This document shows, piece by piece, positions 37,760 to 46,567 of a DNA stretch of 64,000 nt. The position numbers were made by a program, and so were the translations under genes. The DNA is from Candidatus Methanomethylophilaceae archaeon (GTDB lineage Archaea; Thermoplasmatota; Thermoplasmata; Methanomassiliicoccales; Methanomethylophilaceae): assembly GCA_017461225.1 (NCBI GenBank), contig JAFTYV010000021.1, positions 46,556 to 110,555 on the forward strand. Reading direction: 5' to 3'. The notes beneath the pieces were generated by a model. It was not told the DNA's origin and searched no databases. It saw nothing but the letters and a program-made list of their open reading frames with translations. How positions within the stretch are numbered: position 1 is the stretch's first letter; each line of letters begins with the position of its first letter.

Positions 37760-38056
37760 TCAGTACTCTCTCCAGGAGTGGTTGCACTTGCAGCAACGGT
37801 AGATCCTCGTCTCAGGCTCATCCGCGGCGCGGGTCTGCCTTATGACGAAGTACGCCTCCGTGTGTCCGCACTCGGGACAGGGGATGCGTGTCTTGGGCAG
37901 GGTGGCGACGTTCTCCGTGATGACGGTGGTCTCCCTGTCCTTCGAATCTGTCAAAATTACCTCGGCCCTTCCACCTATGTCCTTGGTGGCGCCGCAGGCG
38001 TTGCAAACATACATCCCATCCTTGGGGAACATCATTGAGCCGCATGAGCAAAACAC
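37760..38056 (-). CDS. tfs: Transcription factor S (TFS)
   Basis: Two Zn ribbons; QTRAADEPETRIYRC acidic hairpin. GTG start. Confidence 0.92.
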   Translation of the reverse strand: MFCSCGSMMFPKDGMYVCNACGATKDIGGRAEVILTDSKDRETTVITENVATLPKTRIPCPECGHTEAYFVIRQTRAADEPETRIYRCCKCNHSWREY

Positions 38057-38140
38057 GTTATCAGCCTCTGCCAAGGGCATTGACTGTCCGTATTTATTAA
38101 TTGTCGGTGCGCGCGGTTATAAGGGGTAAACGGACCGGGA

Positions 38141-38158
38141 GGGGGTCTGCCGACCCCC
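38141..38158 (-). terminator. GC hairpin 3' of the 38168 gene
   Basis: GGGGGTC-TGCC-GACCCCC; minus-strand tail ...GTTTACCCCTT. Confidence 0.5.
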
Positions 38159-38167
38159 GTCCGACGG

Positions 38168-40261
38168 TCACTTCTTGGACGTCTTCCTCTTCTTCGAGGA
38201 GGACTTGACGGTGCGCATGTTGGCCCTGACGGCGGCGAGGATCTCCTCGCCCTCCGCCTTCCCGTCGGTGATGGCCGCCTCGTCGTAACGGAGGACGGTC
38301 CACCCCTCGGACACGAGCAGGTCGTCTATGGAACGGTCCGCATCCGCGGGCTCCACGTACACCGCCACCCTGCCCTTGACGAAGGCCACGGGGATGTTGT
38401 GATCGCCGTACCCCCTCCTGCAGCGGAGACCCTTGTTCCATGCCGCCCTCCTGACCAGGGCCTCGGGGGAGTAGTCGGTGAACACATCCGTCTCGGGGAC
38501 CTGCTCCGCGTCGGATGCCTCCTCTTCGGCCTCCTGGACGGTGGTTTCCGTCTCTGGACCTTCCACCACGGCTGGTTCGACGGGGCCGCATGCTCCGGAT
38601 GCATCTGGGACGGCCTCCGGTTCGGGGACGCTGTCGGCAACGGTCTCGGAGCATTCCGCCTGGACGTCGGGCTCCACCGTCACTGGTGCGGGGACCTCCG
38701 GATCGAACGAACGATCGACGGGCGTATCGGCCCCATCGACCTGCTCTCCATCGGATCCCCCCTCTGCTACCTCCTGGATGGGGGCGTCCGGGACGGGACC
38801 TTCCACCGGATCGGACTCGGCAGGGCCGCATTCTGCGGATACATCGGGGACGGTCTCCGGTTCGGATACGTCGTCCGGGAACTGCCCGGCACCCTCCTCC
38901 ACGGCGGATCCCGCATCCTCTTGGACGTCGGGCCCCACCGTCACTGGGACGGGTGTCTCCGGGTCGACATCGGGGTCGTCGGAGACCTCCTCCGGGGTGT
39001 CCGTATCGCCATGTCCGGCCTGTTCCGACCCGGATGGTTCCCCGGCCTCCACGGCAACCGCCTCGGCAGGGGACGCGTCGTCCTCCGTGGCCTGGTCGCC
39101 CTCGACGTCAGCACGGTCATCGCCTCCGGCGGGGACGGCCGTCTGATCGGCGGTTTCGGACAAATCATCCGCATCGGTTCCGTCCTCGTCGGGGCCCGGG
39201 ACCCCGGATGCATCATCCGATGGCTCCACCTCGGGTTCATAGGTCATCTCGAGTGACGGATCGTCCTCGCAGAATCCCTCCACATGCTCCTCCGCATCCT
39301 GGACGGGTTCCGTCACCTCGACCGGGGCGGGGGGAACGATCACAGCCGGTTCCTGGACGGGTTCCGGTTCCTTCTGGGACTGCTTCGGTGAAACAGCCCT
39401 GCTGCTGGCATCCTTCGAAGACACGAGCTTCATCATGAAATCGTTGTTGGGTTTCTTCTCGGGCTTGGGCGCCTCCTGTGCGGGCACCTTCGCCTCGACA
39501 TGGGAGTCCGCCTGGTCCGCGACAGCGGTTACGACGGGGACGGAAGCCCTGGCGGGCGTGACTGCGGCGGGTTCCTCGGGAACGGCCGCCTGCACATGGG
39601 CCGGGGCGGGTTCGGGGTCCGCCTTCTCCCGGACGGGTTCTGCCCTGACCTCGGTGCGGACGGTCTCCTCGCGCGGCGAGGGTATGGCCGCGGGCCTGCT
39701 GGGCTCCAGGGCCTGCCTCTCCGTGTCGTGCACATCCTCCACGACGGCCTTCCTCACGACGGCCTCCCCCTTCAGGAGACCGCCTATCAGGAGGGATGAT
39801 GCGATCCACACCGCGAACAGGGCTACGGCGACACCTGCGACCGCGCCACTCCCCATCAGGGCCACAACGGACACGATCAGCTCGACGACGGCGACACCTG
39901 CGGAGATGTACATCCCGCCGAGTATGCGTCCGACCCAGAGGTCGAGTGCGTCAGCGGCCATCGCCAGGGCGGCGAGGACCCCCGCCACCGCGATGACAGT
40001 GCCAGACGATGCCCCGGCGAACGGGGCCGCGGCCATTGCCAAAGACGCAATGGCGACCATAATCCCACTTACCCTGTGGATGAATCTGTCCTGCGGGGCC
40101 AGTATGCCCACCGCATGCACCACACCCAGCACACCTGCGGCTGTCAGAACGTACAGCAGGGGCGCTTTCGCACCCACCATCACCAGCACGCCTGCCGCCA
40201 AGAACAGCAGTGCGGACAACATACCCACACCGCTGGAAGTCCTCCTGTCGAGCGATCCCAT
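38168..40261 (-). CDS. Membrane-anchored protein with acidic repeat linker and C-terminal Vsr/DUF559-like domain
   Basis: About 5 N-terminal hydrophobic segments, E/D/P/V-rich linker, then SPEALVRRAAWNKGLRCRR...VAVYVE...GWTVLRY. Start 40261 or 40222. Confidence 0.7.
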   Translation of the reverse strand: MGSLDRRTSSGVGMLSALLFLAAGVLVMVGAKAPLLYVLTAAGVLGVVHAVGILAPQDRFIHRVSGIMVAIASLAMAAAPFAGASSGTVIAVAGVLAALAMAADALDLWVGRILGGMYISAGVAVVELIVSVVALMGSGAVAGVAVALFAVWIASSLLIGGLLKGEAVVRKAVVEDVHDTERQALEPSRPAAIPSPREETVRTEVRAEPVREKADPEPAPAHVQAAVPEEPAAVTPARASVPVVTAVADQADSHVEAKVPAQEAPKPEKKPNNDFMMKLVSSKDASSRAVSPKQSQKEPEPVQEPAVIVPPAPVEVTEPVQDAEEHVEGFCEDDPSLEMTYEPEVEPSDDASGVPGPDEDGTDADDLSETADQTAVPAGGDDRADVEGDQATEDDASPAEAVAVEAGEPSGSEQAGHGDTDTPEEVSDDPDVDPETPVPVTVGPDVQEDAGSAVEEGAGQFPDDVSEPETVPDVSAECGPAESDPVEGPVPDAPIQEVAEGGSDGEQVDGADTPVDRSFDPEVPAPVTVEPDVQAECSETVADSVPEPEAVPDASGACGPVEPAVVEGPETETTVQEAEEEASDAEQVPETDVFTDYSPEALVRRAAWNKGLRCRRGYGDHNIPVAFVKGRVAVYVEPADADRSIDDLLVSEGWTVLRYDEAAITDGKAEGEEILAAVRANMRTVKSSSKKRKTSKK
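38490..38965 (-). repeat. Imperfect tandem duplication of roughly 70-87 aa units in the 38168 gene
   Basis: DPETPVPVTVGPDVQ...PETVPDVSAECGP...EQV versus DPEVPAPVTVEPDVQ...PEAVPDASGACGP...EQV; the DNA is also similar. Confidence 0.8.
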
Positions 40262-40503
40262 GAACGGTATGCAGGGGTTCGTCGGATTAAAGGATTTGTC
40301 AGGTGGCCCGTTCGGGCCCCGTATGCGAGGCATCCGAAATGTAGGAAGTTAAATATACCCCGTTCAAATAACCACATATTGCCTTTATAATATGGGGTGA
40401 AGGAGAGCCCTGTATCATCATCACAGTCAAGGGGGGCGTTTTGAGCCTCCTTTCACAAAGTCCTCCGGTTTCGGAGGCGGAACACGAAAAGGAGCTGATA
40501 TCA

Positions 40504-41739
40504 ATGAAGATGAAATTCAAATTCCTCGGCGGAGCCGACATGGTCGGACGCATGGGGATGACCATGGAGGGGGACGGCATGACCGTCCTCGTGGAGTACG
40601 GACTCAGCCCGACCAAACCGCCGGAGTTCCCGTTGCCGGCACCCCGCATAGACTACGCGTTCCTCACCCACGCACACCTCGACCACTGCGGGATGATCCC
40701 CCAGGTGTGCGGGAAGAACCAGTGCGACCTGTTCACGACCCCCCTCTCGGCCGAGGTCGCCGAGATCATGATGTACGACACCCTCAAGATCGCCAAGGCG
40801 GAGGACTACGTGCAGCCCTACTCGTCCGGGGACATCGAGAGGACGATGAAGGCCGTCGTCCCCATGACCTACGACGACGAGATCAGCATCAACCACGTGG
40901 ACGTCAAGATGCACGATGCGGGACACATACCCGGTGCTGCCATGTTCGAGTTCTCCCGCGACTGCACGACGATCTACTCGGGGGACATCCACACTGAGTC
41001 CCAGAGGCTCGTCGGTGCGGCCAGACCCCACGACTGCACCAACCTCTTCATCGAGGGAACCTACGGCGGACGCTACCACGTCCCCAGGAAGGAGACCGAG
41101 AAGGCCTTCCTCGCCAAGATCGATGAGGTCATCGACCGTGGCGGAACCGTCCTCATCCCCTGTTTCGCCAACGGCAGGACCCAGGAGATCATGCTCCTGC
41201 TCAGGAACCTCGGCTACGAGATGTGGGTCGACGGTATGGGCAGGTCCGTCACCCGCCTGTTCCTCGACTATCCCGAGTACATCAAGGACATCAAGCACCT
41301 CAAGGCCGCCAAGAGGAAGTTCAACGAGGTCAGGAACGTCAACTCCCGCAACACCGCCAAGAAGGGGCAGATCATCGTCACCACGGGCGGCATGCTGGAC
41401 GGGGGACCCGTCCTCGGATACCTCAACTACCTGAGGAACGACCCCAAGAGCGCGGTCCTTCTCGTCGGATACCAGGCCGAGGACACCAACGGGAGGCTGC
41501 TGATGGAGCAGGGATGCGTGAAGATCGACGGAGAGGTCGTGAAGGTCGAATGCGAGATCCAGAAATACGACTTCTCCGCACACGCGGACCACGGACAGAT
41601 CGTGGACTTCATCAGGGCATGCGACCCCGAGAACGTCATCATGATGCACTCGGAGACCCGCGACCTCTTCCTCCCCGACCTCGAGGACTACAACGTCATC
41701 TTCCCCGAAACCGGGAAGGAGTTCGAACTGGACGTGTGA
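40504..41739 (+). CDS. Beta-CASP metallo-beta-lactamase family ribonuclease
   Basis: THAHLDH, AGHIPG, SGD, EGTYG, GYQAEDT, FSAHAD; SD AAGGAG upstream. Confidence 0.9.
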   Translation: MKMKFKFLGGADMVGRMGMTMEGDGMTVLVEYGLSPTKPPEFPLPAPRIDYAFLTHAHLDHCGMIPQVCGKNQCDLFTTPLSAEVAEIMMYDTLKIAKAEDYVQPYSSGDIERTMKAVVPMTYDDEISINHVDVKMHDAGHIPGAAMFEFSRDCTTIYSGDIHTESQRLVGAARPHDCTNLFIEGTYGGRYHVPRKETEKAFLAKIDEVIDRGGTVLIPCFANGRTQEIMLLLRNLGYEMWVDGMGRSVTRLFLDYPEYIKDIKHLKAAKRKFNEVRNVNSRNTAKKGQIIVTTGGMLDGGPVLGYLNYLRNDPKSAVLLVGYQAEDTNGRLLMEQGCVKIDGEVVKVECEIQKYDFSAHADHGQIVDFIRACDPENVIMMHSETRDLFLPDLEDYNVIFPETGKEFELDV

Positions 41740-41741
41740 GC

Positions 41742-42542
41742 ATGGATCCCACGGCGTACCTCGATGCCGACATCGGAAGGGGCGACATCACGACCCTGCT
41801 GACCGTACCCGACAGGGACGGTGCGGCCTACATCACCTGCGAGGAGGATGCGGTCGTCGCCGGACTCGAGGAGGCCGTGGCCGTGCTCACCCACGTCGGG
41901 GCGACCGTGGAGACCCACGTCCGCGACGGGGAGCGTGTGACCTGCGGGACCAGGATCCTGACGGTGACCGGCCCCCTCAGGGGACTGATCACTGCCGAGA
42001 GGACCGCCCTCAACTTCCTCATGCACATGAGCGGCATAGCGACCCTCACCTCGGAAGCCGTGGAGCGCACCGGGGGAGGGGTCGTCATCGCGGCCACCAG
42101 GAAGACCACGCCCGGGTTCGGCGAGTACCAGAAGAAGGCCGTCGCCCTCGGCGGAGGGGACCCCCACAGACACGGACTCGACAGCATGATCATGGTCAAG
42201 GACAACCACATAGCCGCATGCGGATCCGTCCGCAGGGCGATGGAGCTCGTCTCGGCGGCACCGTTCTCCATCAAGGTGGAGGTGGAGGTCTCGTCCGTGG
42301 AGGATGCCGTCACCGCGGCCGAGATGGGTGCGGACATAATCATGGCCGACAACATGGGCCCCGTGGAGACGGGTGAGCTCCGCGACCGTGTGAAGGGCAT
42401 CAACCCGCGCATACTCGTCGAGGCCTCCGGGAACATGGATCTCGACAGGATCGGGGACTACGTCGGAAGGGCCGACATAATCTCCATGGGATGCCTCACG
42501 CACTCCGCGCCCTCGGTCCAGTTCTCGATGGACGTCGAGTGA
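41742..42542 (+). CDS. nadC: Quinolinate phosphoribosyltransferase
   Basis: GDITT, ERTALNFL..MSGIAT, TRKTTPG, HRHGL, KDNH, EVEV, DN, EASG. Confidence 0.95.
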   Translation: MDPTAYLDADIGRGDITTLLTVPDRDGAAYITCEEDAVVAGLEEAVAVLTHVGATVETHVRDGERVTCGTRILTVTGPLRGLITAERTALNFLMHMSGIATLTSEAVERTGGGVVIAATRKTTPGFGEYQKKAVALGGGDPHRHGLDSMIMVKDNHIAACGSVRRAMELVSAAPFSIKVEVEVSSVEDAVTAAEMGADIIMADNMGPVETGELRDRVKGINPRILVEASGNMDLDRIGDYVGRADIISMGCLTHSAPSVQFSMDVE

Positions 42543-42588
42543 GTCCCGTCGGAGAGGGTTATTAATCCGATGCCGACAATGGTCACCC

Positions 42589-42804
42589 ATGGCACTCAAC
42601 CTGGAAGACTACACCTGCGAGTTCTGCGGCAAGACCTGCAAGAACATAGTCTACGCCGCATTCGTATGCGATGACCCCGAATGCATAGAGAACGCCAGGG
42701 TCGCACGTGGCGGACCCGGGGGACACATGAAGAGGAAGGCCGAGGGAAGGCCCATCCTCCCCGACGAGCTCATCTCCGAGATCGAGACCAACAAACAAGT
42801 CTGA
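42589..42804 (+). CDS. Small Cys-rich hypothetical protein
   Basis: 71 aa with CEFC...CK...CDDPEC, RGGPGGH; host codon usage; hairpin downstream. Confidence 0.75.
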   Translation: MALNLEDYTCEFCGKTCKNIVYAAFVCDDPECIENARVARGGPGGHMKRKAEGRPILPDELISEIETNKQV

Positions 42805-42825
42805 AAACGACACAATGGGTTTTAC

Positions 42826-42843
42826 GGAGGGGTTGCCCCCTCC
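42826..42843. terminator. GC hairpin between convergent genes
   Basis: GGAGGGG-TTGC-CCCCTCC followed by ATTTTC on the plus strand. Confidence 0.55.
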
Positions 42844-42853
42844 ATTTTCACAT

Positions 42854-44404
42854 TCAGTGCCTGAACACACGGCAACCGGTGAAGACCATGGCCATGCCGT
42901 GTTCGTTGGCCGCATCGATGACCTCCTGGTCCCTGATGCTGCCTCCGGGCTGGATGATCGCGGTGACACCGGCACGTGCTGCCTCGTCGACCCCGTCCCT
43001 GAAGGGGAAGAACGCATCGGATGCCATGACGCATCCCTCGGTGGGCTCGTTCGCCTTCATGGTCGCGATCTTCGCGGAGTCCACACGGCTCATCTGGCCG
43101 GCGCCGATACCCACGGCACGCTCGCCCCTCACGTACACCACGGCGTTGGAGGTCACGTGCTTCGCGAGCTTCCATGCGAACAGGAGGGAGTGGATCTCCT
43201 CCTCGGTGGGTGCGCGCTCGGTGACGACGGTGAGGTTCTTGGGGTCGATGAGGACGTCCTCGTCGGTCTGGACGAGTATTCCGCCCTGGACCTTCTTCAT
43301 CTTGTACTCCCTGTGCTTGGCGGCGGGGCAGATGGGTGCGTTCGTCCTGAGGAGGCGGATGTTCTTCTTGGCCTCCATGATCTCCGCCGCGCCCTCCTCG
43401 TAGTCGGGGCAGATGACGGCCTCGACGAAGTGCTGGGAGATCTCCTCGGCGGTCTTGACATCGCAGTTCCTGTTGAGGCAGATGACACATCCGAACGCAG
43501 AGAGGGGGTCGACGTTGTACGCGGTCATGAACGCATCGTAGATGTTGTCCGCGGAGGCGAGTCCGCAGGGGTTGGTGTGCTTCATGACGACGGCGGTGGG
43601 CTTCTCGAAATCCATGCAGATGTCCAGCGCCTTGTCGAGGTCCAGGATGTTGTTGTAGGAGAGCTGCTTCCCGTGGAGCTGCTCGGCCTTGGCGACGGTG
43701 GTGCCGGGGGTGAAGGGGTCCTTGTAGAATGCGGCCGCCTGGTTGGGGTTCTCGCCGTACCTGAGGTCCTCGACCTTCTCCATGGGCACGGGGAACGATG
43801 CGGGGAAACCTGTGCAGAACTCACCCCACATGCGGGAGGCGATCATGGCGTCGTAGTTGGCGGTCGCGACGAACGCCTCGGCCATGAGCCTCTGGTGGAG
43901 GTCGAGGGACAGTTCACCGTTGGCCCTCAGCTGCTCGATGATCTCGGGGTACTGGGAGGGGTCCGTGACGACGGCGACGGACTCGTAGTTCTTGGCGGCG
44001 GCGCGGATCATGCTGGGTCCGCCGATGTCGATGTTCTCCACGACATCCTCGAACTCCACGCCCTCCTTGAGGACGGTCTGCTTGAAGGGGTAGAGGTTGA
44101 TGACCACCATGTCGATGGGTTCGATCTCCTTCTCCTTTATGGCATCCATGTGCTCGGGGACATCCCTGCGGGCGAGGATCCCTGCATGGACCCTGGGGTG
44201 GAGGGTCTTGACACGACCGTCGAGCATCTCGGGGAAGCCCGTGACGTCGGAAACCTCCGTGACATCGATACCGTTCTCCTTCAGGAGCCTGTACGTACCG
44301 CCTGTGGAGATGATGTCCACTCCGGCGGACGACAGCTCTTTAGCGAAATCCACGATCCCGTTCTTGTCGGAAACACTGATAATTGCCCTTTTGATCTTTG
44401 ACAG
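42854..44404 (-). CDS. purH: Bifunctional AICAR transformylase/IMP cyclohydrolase
   Basis: ISVSDK, STGGT, GRVKTLHP, IDIGGP, LRYGENP, KHTNPCG, SDAFFPF, QPGGS, RVFRH. Start uncertain (CTG 44404 or ATG 44437). Confidence 0.96.
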   Translation of the reverse strand: MSKIKRAIISVSDKNGIVDFAKELSSAGVDIISTGGTYRLLKENGIDVTEVSDVTGFPEMLDGRVKTLHPRVHAGILARRDVPEHMDAIKEKEIEPIDMVVINLYPFKQTVLKEGVEFEDVVENIDIGGPSMIRAAAKNYESVAVVTDPSQYPEIIEQLRANGELSLDLHQRLMAEAFVATANYDAMIASRMWGEFCTGFPASFPVPMEKVEDLRYGENPNQAAAFYKDPFTPGTTVAKAEQLHGKQLSYNNILDLDKALDICMDFEKPTAVVMKHTNPCGLASADNIYDAFMTAYNVDPLSAFGCVICLNRNCDVKTAEEISQHFVEAVICPDYEEGAAEIMEAKKNIRLLRTNAPICPAAKHREYKMKKVQGGILVQTDEDVLIDPKNLTVVTERAPTEEEIHSLLFAWKLAKHVTSNAVVYVRGERAVGIGAGQMSRVDSAKIATMKANEPTEGCVMASDAFFPFRDGVDEAARAGVTAIIQPGGSIRDQEVIDAANEHGMAMVFTGCRVFRH

Positions 44405-44764
44405 TGGTATACCCCCTCTTACGAGGTGCACACACATGTATGCATGCTGCAAATCCCCTTCGGGTATTTAACTTGTCATGGGACGGAGAAACACGGTGGA
44501 TGGTATGTACCCCGAACCGGGATAATCACCCTGTCCGGGTAAACCGTTTGTTAGGGTTGAACGCACCTACCATCGACATCTGAACCCGGTAGGCACATCC
44601 TTGGCACACATTAGCCTTACATCATATTTAACATTTAAGCCAGGCTAAACGGAAGGTGGCCAGAGACCGTCGGAACGGCACCGTGGAGGGGTGCTGGATA
44701 CAAATGGACATGCCATCCAACCATGTGCTGGGAAACAGTTAACAACAACCACTCCGACTCCACC

Positions 44765-45361
44765 ATGATGAAGAGGAAGGATCTGGAGATGGCCCTGCAG
44801 TCCGTCAGGAACTTCGAATCGCCCGACCCCGCCCTCGAGCAGTACATGACCCCCGCCACGATGGCCGCGGACATCCTGTTCGACGCGTACCGCAGGGGGG
44901 ATGTCGCCGGGATGAAGGTCGTCGACCTGGGATGCGGCACGGGGATGTTCTCGATAGGGGCGTGGATGCTCGGTGCAGGGATGGTGACGGGTTACGACGT
45001 GTCCGAGGCGGCTCTGCGCACCGCCCATGCGAACGCGGAGTCCGCCGGTGCGGAGATAGGGTTCGTCCTGAGCGACGTGTCGGAAGTGGACGACGTCGCG
45101 GACACCGTGTTCATGAACCCGCCGTTCGGATGCCAGAACCGCAATGCGGACAGACCGTTCCTGGACAGGGCCATGGACATGGCGGAGTGCGTGTACTCCA
45201 TACACATAGCGGAGACCGTGGGGTTCGTGGAGGAGTACTGCGAGCGCCGGGGCAGGTCCGTGGCGTTCTCTAAAATCTATAAGTACGAAATCCCTCATAC
45301 ATTCGTGTTCCATACGAAGACGAAGAAGACTGTTGATGTGGCAGTCGTCAACATAAGGTGA
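44765..45361 (+). CDS. METTL5-like N6-adenine methyltransferase
   Basis: LEQYMTP, DLGCGTG, MNPPFG. Confidence 0.88.
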   Translation: MMKRKDLEMALQSVRNFESPDPALEQYMTPATMAADILFDAYRRGDVAGMKVVDLGCGTGMFSIGAWMLGAGMVTGYDVSEAALRTAHANAESAGAEIGFVLSDVSEVDDVADTVFMNPPFGCQNRNADRPFLDRAMDMAECVYSIHIAETVGFVEEYCERRGRSVAFSKIYKYEIPHTFVFHTKTKKTVDVAVVNIR

Positions 45362-45364
45362 TTC

Positions 45365-45928
45365 ATGATGACGGATTCCGATTTAGTGTTCCCCGGTGAC
45401 GAGGTCGCGGTCGAGGAGGAGTACCTCGCCGCGGACGGCACCTTCGCCGAGAACGGCATTATCTACGCCTCCCAGATAGGCGTCCTCGAACTCGACGACT
45501 CCGATTGTGTCGCAAGGGTCGTCTCCCCCAACCCGCCCAACGTTCTCAGGGAGGGGGACATAGTCTACGCCGTGGTGGCCGACATCAGGAACACCATGGC
45601 GACCGCCGACGTCGTGGCCAAATCCGGGGTCGACAGGACACTCGGTGGCGAGACCTACGCGACCATCCACGTCTCCAAGATCTCCCAGGGCTACACCGAC
45701 GACGTCTCCAAGGAGCTCAGGAAGGGGGACTACATCAGGGCCAGGGTCACCGGTACCAAGCCCTCGCTGCAGCTCACCACCAAGGACGACCACTTCGGGG
45801 TCATAAGGTCGCTCTGCAACAAGTGCAAGACCGAGCTCGTCAGGAAGGGCAACGGACTGTCCTGTCCCGAATGCAGGACCAACGTGTCCAGGAAGCTCGC
45901 CGACGACTACGGGAACGTCAGGATCTGA
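45365..45928 (+). CDS. csl4: Exosome RNA-binding protein Csl4
   Basis: VFPGD, S1 domain (IHVSKIS, GDYIRARV), C-terminal CNKC...CPEC...RKLA. Confidence 0.92.
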   Translation: MMTDSDLVFPGDEVAVEEEYLAADGTFAENGIIYASQIGVLELDDSDCVARVVSPNPPNVLREGDIVYAVVADIRNTMATADVVAKSGVDRTLGGETYATIHVSKISQGYTDDVSKELRKGDYIRARVTGTKPSLQLTTKDDHFGVIRSLCNKCKTELVRKGNGLSCPECRTNVSRKLADDYGNVRI

Positions 45929-45939
45929 CGGTGCGGAAG

Positions 45940-46563
45940 ATGAGGTACGTCTCGCTCATCTCCGACGGCATCGACTCCCCCGTGGCATCCTACAAGATGA
46001 GCGAGGTCGGAGCCGAGGTCATCCTCCTCCACATGGACAACCGTCCGTACACGGACGACGCCAGCATCGAGAAGGTCATCGCCATAGCCGACCGCCTCAG
46101 GGAGGTCACCGGCAGGGAGTTCCCCCTGTACACGGCACCCCATGGTCCGAACCAGCAGGCGATAAGCGAGAAGTGCGAGAGGAACTACCAGTGCGTGATG
46201 TGCAAGAGGATCATGCAGAGGACCGCCAGGGAGCTGGCGGTGAGGCTCGGTGCCGACGGCATCATCATGGGGGATTCCCTCGGACAGGTGGCATCCCAGA
46301 CCCTCAGGAACATCAGGTCGGAGAACATCGACCTGGACTTCCCAGTGGCCAGACCCCTCATAGGCATGGACAAACTCGAGATAGAAGCCGTTGCCAAGGC
46401 CATAGGCACGTACGACATCTCCATCCGTCCGACCGCAGGCTGCACGATCGTCCCGTTCAAACCGATAACCGAGGCCGCCCCGGACAAGGTGCTGTCGTTC
46501 GACACCGTCCTGGACCTGGATGCGATGGCGAAGGCCTCCGCGGAAGCCGCACACCTGATCTGA
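45940..46563 (+). CDS. ThiI-like PP-loop sulfurtransferase domain without THUMP
   Basis: SDGIDSPVA, CVMC, GDSLGQVASQTL, RPLIG, GC; 207 aa only. Confidence 0.8.
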   Translation: MRYVSLISDGIDSPVASYKMSEVGAEVILLHMDNRPYTDDASIEKVIAIADRLREVTGREFPLYTAPHGPNQQAISEKCERNYQCVMCKRIMQRTARELAVRLGADGIIMGDSLGQVASQTLRNIRSENIDLDFPVARPLIGMDKLEIEAVAKAIGTYDISIRPTAGCTIVPFKPITEAAPDKVLSFDTVLDLDAMAKASAEAAHLI

Positions 46564-46567
46564 ACCG

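Noticed and set aside
44639-44665. GCCAGG...GGAAGG resembling SRP RNA helix 8
   Set aside because: The AGCAG partner strand and the surrounding helices are missing.
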